Translations under genes and position numbers: made by a program
NCBI GenBank assembly: GCA_013265495.1
Contig: MU058687.1
Span: forward strand, 3,350,001 to 3,414,000
Reading direction: 5' to 3'
From: Vicugna vicugna
Taxonomy: Eukaryota
Length of the DNA stretch: 64,000 nt
The notes under the pieces: model-generated
What the model was told of the DNA's origin: nothing
Database searches by the model: none
What the model saw: only the letters and a program-made list of their open reading frames with translations
Shown: positions 1 through 10,327 of the stretch, piece after piece
How the letters are laid out: every line of letters starts with the position of its first letter
Position numbering within the stretch: position 1 is the stretch's first letter

Positions 1-680
1 TTTATCAAAGTTTTCTATACTGTGCTTATGTCATTTAATAAACCCTACCCTGAGGTCGTAGGATGTTTTCCTTTATTTTCTTTTCAAAAGTTCTTTAAAA
101 AAAATTGATGTATAGTCGGTTACAATGTGTCAATTTCTGGTGTACAGTATGTCCCAGTCATGTACATACATACATATATTCTTTTTCATATTCTTTTTCA
201 ATAAAGGTTATTACACAATATTCTTTCAAAAATTCTGATTTTTATTTTTCCCTTTAAATTCTTTTACCTACTTGGAACTAGTTTTTGTGTGGGGGGTGAT
301 TTAGGGATCCAACAGATAACTAGTTGTTTCAGCTCATATACTGAATAATCTATCTTTCCTTATTGACTTATAATGCCAGCTCTGTCATACATCAAGATTC
401 CACATATGCCTGGATCTGTTTCTAGGCTCTCTAGGCTGTTCGATTTTTCCCTGCTGCCTATCCTATGGTCTTAATTTTTACGGTTTTATAATAAATGTTG
501 CTATATGGAAGGGCAAGTCCTTGAAACATATTACTTTTCTTCAAGAATGTTTCGCCTATGCTTTGCTCTTTGTTTTTCCACATAAATTTTAGACTAGCTT
601 GTGAAGGCCTAGAAAAAAATCCTGTTCGAAACTTTATTGGAATTGCATTGATTGGTAGATGAATCTTCCGCCCTGTCTCT
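1..680 (-). mobile_element. Old L1M-type LINE fragment (ORF2 3' region), interrupted by a younger L1 3' end
   Basis: Degenerate antisense L1 ORF2-like text (e.g. ...ccacataaattttagactagcttg...ttattggaattgcattgatt). Confidence 0.65.
95..223 (-). mobile_element. Short 5'-truncated L1 3' end with TSD
   Basis: L1 3'UTR text (ttgatgtatagtcggttacaatgtgtcaatttctggtgtacag...) flanked by TTTCAAAAGTTCT (82-94) and TTTCAAAAATTCT (224-236). Confidence 0.75.
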
Positions 681-1115
681 ATCCCCTGACGAAGTCGCTC
701 AGGAGATGAAGGTCTGATGATTGTCTCCAAAGTATGTATTTTAAACAAAGTACATCTTATTCAATAAATAGAAGTCAATGAATTAATGAACGAGGGACAA
801 AGATGGCTAAGATTGGTCAGTACTTTCTTATCATTCAGCAACTATCACTTAAGTTCTTCCTTGCCTGTTCTAATACATTATTTAAAATACACAAATCCAT
901 TAACTCCATCCTCCACTGAACGTAAATCTATGAGCAATTTGGAAAGCCTCTTGAAAGTAAGTTTTCAAGAAGACTCCATGTCCCCAGACCAGTCAAAGGG
1001 ATTGGCTACCTGACAGGTAAAGTGTCTGTGACCCCTCTGCCTCCCCGTTTGGAGCGGTCCAGCGGGACTGCGGTGGTTCTTTGACCCTTGTCCCCACGGC
1101 TTAGGGAACCATGAA

Positions 1116-1142
1116 GAACTACAAGTCCCGGCAGGCCGCGCG
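1116..1142 (+). promoter_or_regulatory. ZNF143/THAP11(Ronin)-type extended SBS motif
   Basis: GAACTACAAGTCCCGGCAGGCCGCGCG matches the ACTAYRNNNCCCR promoter motif followed by the Staf/ZNF143-like tail, about 115-140 bp upstream of the first splice donor. Confidence 0.8.
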
Positions 1143-1189
1143 GCGCCTCGGCTTAACTAAGCGCAATCAGTGGGAGCGTCGAGCAAAGT

Positions 1190-1255
1190 ACCCTGTGGAA
1201 CCCCGCCACCGGGCTGCGGCCGGAAACCAGGCGCCGCGGCTCTGTTTCCCTCAGG
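1190..1255 (+). other. ADCK1: Non-coding exon 1 (5' UTR) of ADCK1; start (TSS) approximate
   Basis: Strong consensus donor AGG|GTGAGT at 1255/1256 inside the CpG island, just downstream of the ACTACA motif. The next exon has an acceptor 10 nt before the ATG, so an upstream non-coding exon is required. Confidence 0.65.
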
Positions 1256-1964
1256 GTGAGTAGGGGCAGCCCCTCAGAGGCCGGCGCAGAGCGGGAGCAG
1301 CCAGGGCCGCAGGGCGCGGGAGCGCGGAGGAGCCAGCGTGGACGCGTCGGCCGTCCGCCTCCGCTCCGGCCGCCAGCCCGGAGTGAACTCTGGGCCGGTG
1401 ACCTTGTCACCCAGGGCCCAGCGCGCGGCCACGTGGCTCGGGTGACTGGCAGTGCCCCGCCCCCTCTGCAGCGACTCTCCAGCCTGGCTCACCAGTGGGC
1501 GGAAGCGTGGCGCAGTCTTGGTGTAGTTTTCCTACCTTGAGGAGGGCGGAGCAGGTAGCTCACCCAGATGTCCTCCCCCCAGGTGGTCTGTGGGCTCTGA
1601 GGCGCAGGCGTCGCGGCGAGGTCTGGGCACGAGTAGGGGGCGCGCGGATATCCCTGCCTTCCGCCTGCACCGGCGCGCGCCCCAGAGCGCACGTCATCTG
1701 TAGCACTTGCAGGGCCCCGAGCTTCCAGATCGCACAATAAACGTGTGCTGATGACAGGCGGTGTGCGGAGAGCAGCCTTTAGAAGACGCCAAGTACAGCT
1801 CTTTCCTCAGGTTAAGTGGCATTTACTTTCTAGGAAGTCATTCAGTTCAACAACTATTTATTGATTACGCACTTGTTGGGTGCTCACGAAATTATTTGCC
1901 GAGCTGAAAGTGCATTAGACTTTATCTGCCCCTTCGCACATTTTCTTGAAGCATTTTCTTATTG

Positions 1965-2152
1965 CAGTAGTTCTCAAACTGTATCGTGCGTCAGAATTAC
2001 CTGGAGGGCTTGTTACAACACAAGATGCTGACCCTATCTCCAGAGTTTTTGATTCAGTAGGTCCGGGGTGGGGAGCAAGCATTCGCATTTCTAACATGTT
2101 TCTAGGACATGCGGCTACTGCTGCTCTGAAGATATACTTTTGAGTATTACTG
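1965..2152. mobile_element. MER5A-like hAT-Charlie MITE
   Basis: Terminal inverted repeats CAGTAGTTCTCAAA ... TTTGAGTATTACTG; internal cagaattacctggagggcttgtta and gattcagtaggtccggggtggg typical of MER5A; 188 bp. Confidence 0.85.
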
Positions 2153-2639
2153 TTTTGTAGGAAAAAATCCTGTGAACATAAAGCACCAAATCTTCACTTC
2201 TGATCATGGGCCTTTCTGTCCTGGCTTGCCAGTCTAACTTTGGTAGTGATAGTAAACATGTGCATATTACTTTTTTCACTGTTACTTCCCCCACATTATA
2301 TACAGATTTTCATGTAGCATACACTTGTGTCAGTTTTTCTGGTTTACATCATAGTCTATTTTACTGTGTCTTTATTTGTTTGGCTATATCTCAGCAGCCC
2401 TCAGGGATGTAACATTTGACCTCTGCTGGGAGTGTTTACCTTTTTTTCCCACATATATACTTATTTTCTTGTCACACAAGGGACTTGTAAGAATGGTGCT
2501 TGCTTTAGGCATCCACTCCTCTTCCCCTCAACTCCCCAACTTACTGAATAAACCATTTGGGTTTAGCTATCCATGTCTAAGGCACTCCAGCGACTCACCT
2601 CAGGGCTGTGTAAGCCCTGTCTCGTCCACCTTATGCTCT

Positions 2640-2820
2640 CTTGGCTGGAGCAGACACACCTGTATTCAAGTTCTGGCTGCATCGCTTACTAGCTTCCTGG
2701 CCAAATATCTTACGAATTCTAAAACTCAGCTTCCTCATTTGTAGAATGAGGCTCTACTAGTATGCACTGCAGAATGTAGTTGTGTGAGTTACATGAGATG
2801 TAGAGCACTTGGCCCTGTAC
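2640..2820 (+). mobile_element. MIR SINE
   Basis: Degenerate MIR core (ctcagcttcctcatttgtagaatgagg). Confidence 0.6.
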
Positions 2821-3944
2821 CTCTCCCATTAGAAGCTCACTCGTTTTTCTCTTCTTACCTGCTACTCGCTCTTTGTGCTTGGCTTTCCGCTCTTTTCCCT
2901 GAGTCTCCCTATCTCTGGATGAAGTGAATGGAGAATTTCTATTCCTCACCTGGATGAGATTTATTTCGCCTGTCTACTCTGGGACCTCGGCGTCAGTCAG
3001 GGGTCCTTCTATTTAATCAATATTGATTGAATCACCCTCTAGGATCAAACGTTTAGGAAAGGGAGTGATTCCATTTGGGCTGCATTCCTATCTGCAGGGC
3101 AAGGCAGACTAAACCTGCTCAGGCCAACTAGATGGTCCCTTGGCATTGATTTGAGACATGATGATATCATCTACCTTGGCTGCTTTTTATCCACATCACT
3201 AACCAGGTTTCCCTGAAAACCTGATCACTCTCTCCAAGGATATTATTGGTCTTTTTCAGTCTTGGGAGCACACCAAAAGAAATACTGTTTATTTGCCCAA
3301 CAGTCTCTCTAGAAAATGGGAGGAGGAGCTGTGGTCACTTTATGGGATTAATAGGATTAGAGCCCTGAATTTTTTCCTCTTTGGCCATTCTTACCTGTGC
3401 ATCAAATAGGGCGAGGAGATTCTAGGCTCTTGTCCTGGAACGTGGCATGGGGAGGAGGCAGCAGATGGATGGCAGCTGAAAAGGCCTAGTCCTGTGACCA
3501 GAAAGTGTTTGGTTCCTATTTAGTTCTGTACAGGGGATGGAATTTCATCTGACCATCAACTTTTCATTTGTAGAACTTCTCAGACTCTCCTCTTGCCTCG
3601 TTTCATGACTTGCTGGTATGTTTCTCGTGGTCCAGTAAGATGGATTCCATTCTCATCTTTGATTTGACAATAACACAGCTCTCCTAAACATCTCATTGCC
3701 TGCAATTGGTTTTGTCTAGTGAGGTGCGTTTTGGTTGGTCTTGTGACGTGCTGTTGATTTTCAGGGTGCAAAGCAGCGCCTTCCCCGTGCCTGGCACTGT
3801 CTGCGGGTGGTAGAGGGTCAGAAGTTATAGCCTCTGCCCACAGTGACTGATGTGGTTACTTGAGTATGGAGGGCAGAATGTTGGTGATCCAGGTCTGTGA
3901 GTCCCTGTCAGGGAGATCACATGCGGTGAAGAGAAAGGGCCCAA

Positions 3945-4130
3945 GGTCTATCCTGCCATTTACTAGCTGAGCCACCTGGAGCAAATCACTCACCCTCTCT
4001 GCTCCTTGGTTTTCCTCATTTATACCTGGGACTGGTAGTAATATTTATCTCCCCTCACTAGGTTGTGTGGAATATCTAGTGAGATAATGAGTGCAAAGGG
4101 CTATGTAAAGGTCAGTTATTGCAATATTAT
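3945..4130 (+). mobile_element. MIR SINE
   Basis: ctgccatttactagctgagccacctggagcaaatcact...tttcctcattt...gtgagataatgagtgcaaag. Confidence 0.65.
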
Positions 4131-4170
4131 TGTCTAATGGTTAGTTTTAGGGTCTAGTGGCCTAAGGTCC

Positions 4171-4174
<4 letters not shown>

Positions 4175-4204
<30 letters not shown>
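4175..4204 (+). repeat. (CA)15 microsatellite
   Basis: Direct reading of the sequence. Confidence 0.95.
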
Positions 4205-4209
<5 letters not shown>

Positions 4210-4838
4210 AGTGTGCTGTTATGAGAAGCAACTCAGATGAAAGTCAAAAAGACAAGTAAACAGAATAGGGCAGGTGATTCATTAGCAAAATGTTTAATAA
4301 TGAAAGGTGTTTTTCATCGACAGACATATTTCACGGCTGACAGGGTCTTTTAAAATACCCCGAGGGAAGCAACTCATTTACATGTTAAAGACTCACTGAC
4401 ACCTTATGGAAAACTCCAGCTCCAGTCTATTTAGACACAGTTTGGCTCCTATATCATCTATTTTATGGTTTTCAATTTCCACCTCTTTTATTACTGAGGA
4501 CATTTGCATGAAAACTGGGTCTTGGGAGTCGTACCTGCTTCTCTGCTGCTCCCCTACACAGAGGGGGTCTCAAGGTGAGGGGTGGCCTCATTGCCTAGAG
4601 ACACAGGCCTAGAGGGTGGTGCAAAAGGAGGGTGGGGTTTGGGGAGGCAAGGCTGGGAGGTGGTGCTGGGGTGACTGGAGGAGGAAGGCTGTTGAGTTGT
4701 CAGCCCTGAGTACGTGATTCTCACTGAGGACCTTTGTTGTTGCTGGCCCTGTACAGGTCTCATGGGATATAGTTTCTCCACTTATTGAGTCATTTGTTCA
4801 GTGAATACTTTTGGAGTACCTATTACTACGGGCTATGC

Positions 4839-5022
4839 CAGGGTTTGGCAAACTATAGCCTGCAGGCCACGTCTGGCCATGCCCATTACTTTCCATATCA
4901 TCTATGGCTTCCTTTTACCTTGCACTGCAGTGCAGTGTTGAGTAGTTGTAAGAGACTTTATAGCCTGGAAAGCCAAAAATGTGACTTTATGGCCTTTTAC
5001 AGAAAAAGTTTGCTGACCCCTG
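4839..5022. mobile_element. MER58A-like hAT-Charlie MITE inserted into an L2 fragment (about 4780-5290)
   Basis: TIRs CAGGGTTTGGCAAACT ... AGTTTGCTGACCCCTG; 8-bp TSD GGCTATGC / TGCTAGGC (6/8 identical). Confidence 0.85.
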
Positions 5023-5659
5023 TGCTAGGCAGAGAGAACAGCCAGTGCAAAAGCACCGAGGCTGGAATGTGCCTGGCGTGTTTAAGAAAGAGCAAGGAGG
5101 CCAGTGTCATTGGGGTGGAGCGAGCAAGGGGGAAAGTGAGAAAGCCTGAGACTCTGGAGGGAACTGGGGAGTCAGATCATGAAGGGCCTCATAGGCTATG
5201 CCAAGGCCTTGGCTCTTTGAGTGAGGTGGCAGCCATTGGAGAGTTGAGAACAGAAGAATGCATACGTGGACTTAAGTTTCCTTGTTAAAGGTAGACTGGG
5301 GAAAAATTCACTCTCTCACTCATTCATTCAGTCATTTTTTAAAATTAGCAGACTTATTTTATTCGCTTGTTTATTTATTAATGAATTCTGGCCTTTGCAT
5401 CTAGTGGAAGAGGCAGATATAGGACCAGATTATTAGAGGTAAAAGCAATGCAGAATAAGACCAGAGAGGAAGGAACAAGGAATTCTGATTGGTTTACAGA
5501 AGGCTTGAATAGAGGAATAATGGGGATTGAGTGTGTGGTGGGGGATATTTTGGAAGATGAAGCTGGAAAGGTGGGTTTGGATGGGAATGGGGTGGGCCTT
5601 GAATGCTTTGCTAAGAGAATTTGGACTTTTTGATAGGTAATGGGGAGGTAAGTGTGATA

Positions 5660-5845
5660 ACTCAAATTTGCATAAAAATAACCCATTATGTTTTCTATTA
5701 AAATGCTGATTCCTGAGTCCTACTCACAGCTTTAATGATTCAGTGGGCCAAGGAGCAGACTTCAGAAATATGCATTTTTGAAATGACACCCAGGTTGATA
5801 TTCTTTGCAAGTGTTCCTCTGATCACACTTTAGAAATGCTGGCTA
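5660..5845. mobile_element. MER5B-like hAT MITE (degenerate)
   Basis: aaatgctgattcctgagtcc...tgattcagtggg...tgcatttt...cacactttagaaatgctgg. Confidence 0.5.
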
Positions 5846-7089
5846 GGAAAAGAAAACTGCAGAGTGAAAAACAATAGGATTATAAAAAGAAATGAGTCCA
5901 GAAAAGTCAAGAAAGGAGAGAAAAAGAAACAGAACAGGTAGGAAAATAGAAAGCACAGAAGAAGATGGTAAAATTAAATCCATACATAAGTGTTTATATT
6001 AAAAGCAAACAGAAGAAAATCAAGTATATGCTATTTAGAGAAATAGTATAAAATGTAAGTTGAAAGTAAAAGAATGGAAAAAGATGTCCCTGTGGATACT
6101 TTAAAAAAATATGTGGCTGTATTATGAGGCGTGAGTCAAAATAGAGTTTAAAGAAAATGAAGACACAGCTGTTTGGAGCAGTTGTTTCCGTATGAAGGGG
6201 AAGCAGGCACAGAGCAGGGAGGGCATGGTCACAGACTGAGTCCAGAGCAGAAGCAAACAGGGTGATGATCTAAATTTTCCTGCTGTGTCTGTGCAGGGCT
6301 TGTACCTCCAGGTGGCTTGGTGGTGGCACTTGTCCTGGGTGAGACTTCTCTACTGGCAGCCACAGCCGTGGTCAAGGATTTTAGTCCGATACAGAGTTCC
6401 CAGGAACTGAAGGGGAAGCAGCCATTGGGTGCAGTGGCCCAAAGACTGTACAGCCACCTGGCGGACTGAGCCGGTGCAAGTATGATGGGGAAAGGTATCA
6501 GGCAGCCCACTTGGTCCCACTGAGTGGGAGTGGGAGTTTGGTTAAACAGGGCAAAGCAGCAGGTGGACCTTGAGCCCCTAACCATAAAGCACCCTGTGGG
6601 ACTGTGCGTGGACAAACTAATAATAGTCATGGTGTTTGCTCTCATGGAACTTACAGTCTAGACAAGGGGTTGTCTATTCTAACCAAAATAAATATTTTCA
6701 AAATCAGTCAGACGTGGAGGGCTTACCTGGCTGCTTCTGACCAGCTGCGTTTTGGTTGTGGCCACTTCTGACCTGAACATACAGGGCTCATGACGCCTGT
6801 GCGTGCGTGGTGGTTTAATAATAGTTTCAGGTAACAGTGGTTAACACACTCTGGCTTGTTTTATCTAAAACAGCATCCTTTATCTCATATTCATCATCCT
6901 TCCTCTTACCCGCTTTGATTTTCTTCTCAGCACTTAATAATGCCTCTATTCTAGTATCTGTCTTTTTACTTATGATCTGCCATCCCCTCTAGAGTATAAG
7001 CACCACGTGGGTAAGAACTTTGTTTTGTTCACTGTCTTCCCAGTACCTAGAACAGTGCCTGGTGCTGTGGAAGGAAGAGTGACTTTGAG

Positions 7090-7280
7090 AGCTAACTTAG
7101 GCTGAGTATTTTGCTAAGCATTTTATATACATGATTTCATTTTATCCCAACAACTTTTGAGGTAGGTATCATCCTGTTTTTTCACAAATGAGGAAACTCA
7201 GGTGCAGTGAGATTAAGAAAATGACGCAAGGTCATACATTCGATTAAGTAGCAGAGTCTGGATTTGAATTTGACTCCCTG
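7090..7280 (-). mobile_element. MIR SINE immediately upstream of the exon 2 acceptor
   Basis: ttttcacaaatgaggaaactcaggtgcagtgagattaag...caaggtcatac...ggatttgaatttgactcc. Confidence 0.75.
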
Positions 7281-7333
7281 TAAAATGCTTGACTGCTCCC
7301 CTTTCTCTGCCTTCCTTCTGCAGGGTCGGGAAC

Positions 7334-7468
7334 ATGGCCAGAAGGGCTCTCAAGCTTGCTTCGTGGACGAGCATGGCTCTTGCTGCCTCTGGCTTCTATC
7401 TATATGGCAACAAGTACTTGGACCCCAATGACTTTGGCGCTGTCAGGGTGGGCAGAGCAGTTGCCACG
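7334..7468 (+). CDS. ADCK1: ADCK1 first coding exon (exon 2; exon starts at 7324), aa 1-45 MARRALKLASWTSMALAASGFYLYGNKYLDPNDFGAVRVGRAVAT
   Basis: Polypyrimidine tract and CAG acceptor (AG 7322-7323); strong Kozak AACATGG; donor ACG|GTAGGT. The translation is near-identical to the N-terminus of mammalian ADCK1 as I recall it. Confidence 0.96.
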
Positions 7469-8269
7469 GTAGGTTCTCTTCCTTTAGGGAGGAACAGAGG
7501 AACTGCAGTGTTAACTTGCAGGTGTTCTTACGTGCAGCAGATGGACATGCCAGTCACATGTCTGTGGAGATCATGTGTGCCCTTACATGTGTGAAGCTCC
7601 CACTACACAGTTGCACAGGCATGGATGTGCACACTCATGTACCCACATCCCTATACACACAACCTCTGCCATCCTGAAGTAGGATACAGTGGGATTGCAT
7701 GGTGTCTCTGTTCTGAAACCTTTATCTTTACAGAACCTTCTATACTGTATTTTAGTGATAGACTCGGGGTGGGCGGTCTTCTCAGCAAATGTGCATGAAA
7801 AGAGGACTTTGCAGTTTTGAATAAATTTTACCAGAAAATTTGGTCTGCCTCCAGTGAGCTGGAGGGAGTGGTTTGTGTGCAGGGCTCATACTGAGTATCT
7901 AGGCCTCAAAGAACTTTGGGGATCCCCTCCAATCCCCAAACTAAGAGAATCTGAGTTGAATATTTGACTGTTCGAGGTTTTCTCCAGGGCCTCAGGAACA
8001 TCGTTCTGGTGGGATCATATCCTTTTTAACTCTGTTACAAGCGGCTCTCCCAGACATGCCTGTATCATTGTTCCTTTGGTAGGTAGATTGCCACAGGCTT
8101 CATGCTTTTCTTTCCTTCTTTGTCTGATGCAGGATGAGCCACCCTTTCCTCCTCTTGGTGTAGACATACTCTGTTGCACAGTCTGTTTGGGCTGTTGTCT
8201 AAGCATTTCCTGAATCCTCAGTGCTGTCAAGTCTTCTTCCCAGCCTGATTCAGATGTGGTGCCTGCCTC

Positions 8270-8779
8270 TGTAACAGAAAAGAACAAATCTGACTCCATA
8301 TTAGATCTGTTTCTTTGGTTTTAACCTTGTGCCCTGTTTTCTAGGCTTAGTCTTGCTAGCTCTACACTTTTTGTAAAATAATGTTGTCTTTAGCCTGAAA
8401 TACACAGGAGAGCCTATTCTCAAGGCTCTGACCTTTAAGGATATTAACACTTTTTCATTTATGTAAAGATAACAAGTTGCAGAATAGAAAATAACACTTA
8501 TTTTCTTAGAGGTTTTACAGGGGCACCATGACCTGACCCACTGCAGACATCTATAAGAACAAAGAATTCCTATACCAAGAAGTTTGCAACAACCAACCAC
8601 ACCCCCTCCTCTCTTTAGTATAAAAGAGACTTGAGTAGATGGTTCTCCAAGACATTAGCCTGCCATCTTCTCAGTCTGCTGGCTTTCCGAATAAAGTCGC
8701 TATTCCTTGCCCCAACACCTCGTCTCCCAATTTATTGGCCTGTCGTGAGGTGAGCAGAATGAGTTTGGATTTGGTAACA
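8270..8779 (+). mobile_element. Solo ERV LTR (ERV1-class likely), sense to ADCK1
   Basis: TGTAAC...GGTAACA termini; 4-bp TSD CCTC/CCAC; TATAAAA 8619-8625; AATAAA 8690-8695; 510 bp. Confidence 0.85.
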
Positions 8780-9200
8780 CCACTTGGGGTAAACTGAGTC
8801 ATAAACTCAAGATAGACAGACCATGGAATATAAAACGATTCCCAAGTGTTTGCTGAGTGGTTTTTTTTGGGCCCAGCGTTGTCTTATATTATTTAGGGGT
8901 AGAAGTGAACTGTCCCACTCAGACACAGCTTTGAAGGAGCTTCTGGTTGAGGAGTATCCACATGAACGGGTCCAAAAACAATCTAAAGCCATGTGTTGAC
9001 TCAAGTGACCGCTTCTGTAGGACCTTGGACACAGGAGTGAGCACTATGGGCTGGGAGTCAGGATGAGTGCCCTAGGGGAAGCAGGTTTGGATGGAACCTT
9101 AGGGATTTGAATAGTTGGAGAGGAGGGAGGAAGGTATAAATCAGTGTTTTATTAAGTAGCCACTAGGTTGTGCATTCTTTAAAGGCCAGGGCTCTGGTCT

Positions 9201-9624
9201 TTTTGGGGGGGGGTGTGGGGAGGGCATTTAGATTTCTTTTTGTTTGTTTTAAAAAAGTTTTTTTTTTAAATTGAAGTGTGGGTTGTTGTACAATATTATT
9301 TAAGTTACAGGTATACAATGTAGTGACTCACAATTTTTAAAGGTTATATCCTATTCATAGTTATTATAAAATATTGGCTATATTCCTCATGTTGTACAAT
9401 ATATCCTTATAGCTTATTTTATGTCTAGTAGTTTGTACCTTTTAATCCGCTACCCCTATATTGCTGCCTGCTTCCCTCTCCCCATTGGTACTCACTAGTT
9501 TTGTTCTCTGTATCTGTGAGTCTGCTTCTGTTTTGTTATACTCACTAGTTTGTTGTACTTTTTGGATTTCACGTATGAGTGATATCATTCAGTTTTTGTC
9601 TGACTCATTTCATTGAGCATAATG
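9201..9624 (-). mobile_element. 5'-truncated L1 3' end with perfect 14-bp TSD
   Basis: CAGGGCTCTGGTCT at 9187-9200 and 9625-9638 flanks L1 3'UTR text with T tracts. Confidence 0.9.
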
Positions 9625-9818
9625 CAGGGCTCTGGTCTCGATTAGCCTTGTACACCACTCAGACCAGGTCTTGCTGGTGGTTGGCATTCGACAAGTATGT
9701 GTGGAATGGAATAAAGCTTTAAGGATTTAGACAAAGGAACAGACTCCTCTCAATATCAGCCTTGTTATGTAACATTCCTCAACTTTATACACTCTAATTT
9801 ACTAAACCAGTTATATAT

Positions 9819-10327
9819 TGTGGAACTGAGGTGGGAAGCCCCATGAAAAGACCGGCAGGACCCCCATGTAGGGCTGCTACTTTCCTACCAGTGCCATCTG
9901 GTTCCCTGGCTGGATGGCATTATCTTGCTTTTTGCCTCTATAAAATGGCTTGCTTCTAGGAAAGCAGAACTTACCCCTAAGATTCTATTGGTTCTCTGAG
10001 CTCACTCCTGATTGGTCCATTTGTAACAACTCATTTGCATAAAGCTCACTCCTGATTGGTCCGGTTCTAAAAAGCTCATTCCTGATTGGTCAACTTTGTT
10101 ATACCTTATTTGCATATGATGTTGCAAAGTCTAGACTGGCAGCCTATAAAAGCCTGTGTAAACTTACAGATGGGGTCCAGAGCTTGGAGTGTTAATTCTT
10201 CTGGGCTTGCCTGCATAATAAACCTGAATTCTTCAACCCTCAGAGTGCTGCTTAGTCTCTCGTCAGGATCCAGGTTGTTGCCACAACTGAGCTGTAATAC
10301 TGAGCTGTAACACACTTTGCTGCAACA
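9819..10327 (+). mobile_element. Solo ERV1-like LTR with multiple inverted CCAAT boxes, sense to ADCK1
   Basis: TG...CA ends; four ATTGG; TATAAAA 10145-10151; AATAAA 10217-10222; duplicated GAGCTGTAA near the 3' end. TSD not clearly recognisable. Confidence 0.8.

Larger units (their letters stand above)
1040..1780. promoter_or_regulatory. ADCK1: CpG island / promoter of ADCK1
   Basis: Only extended CpG-dense, GC-rich stretch in the window. Contains GC boxes (GCCCCGCCCC 1454-1463), ETS-like CGGAA cores and an E-box CACGTG (1430-1435). Lies about 6 kb upstream of the ATG-containing exon. Confidence 0.9.

Noticed and set aside
1153..1740. Several overlapping Arg/Pro/Gly-rich ORFs on both strands
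   Set aside because: Typical stop-codon depletion in a CpG island; mostly non-ATG starts.
4785..5288. 167-aa plus-strand ORF
   Set aside because: Spans an L2 fragment and a MER58 MITE; a chance open frame.
9999..10092. Three spaced 20-bp direct repeats superficially like a CRISPR array
   Set aside because: Eukaryotic context, unequal short spacers (24 and 10 bp), no cas genes; they are LTR U3 CCAAT modules.
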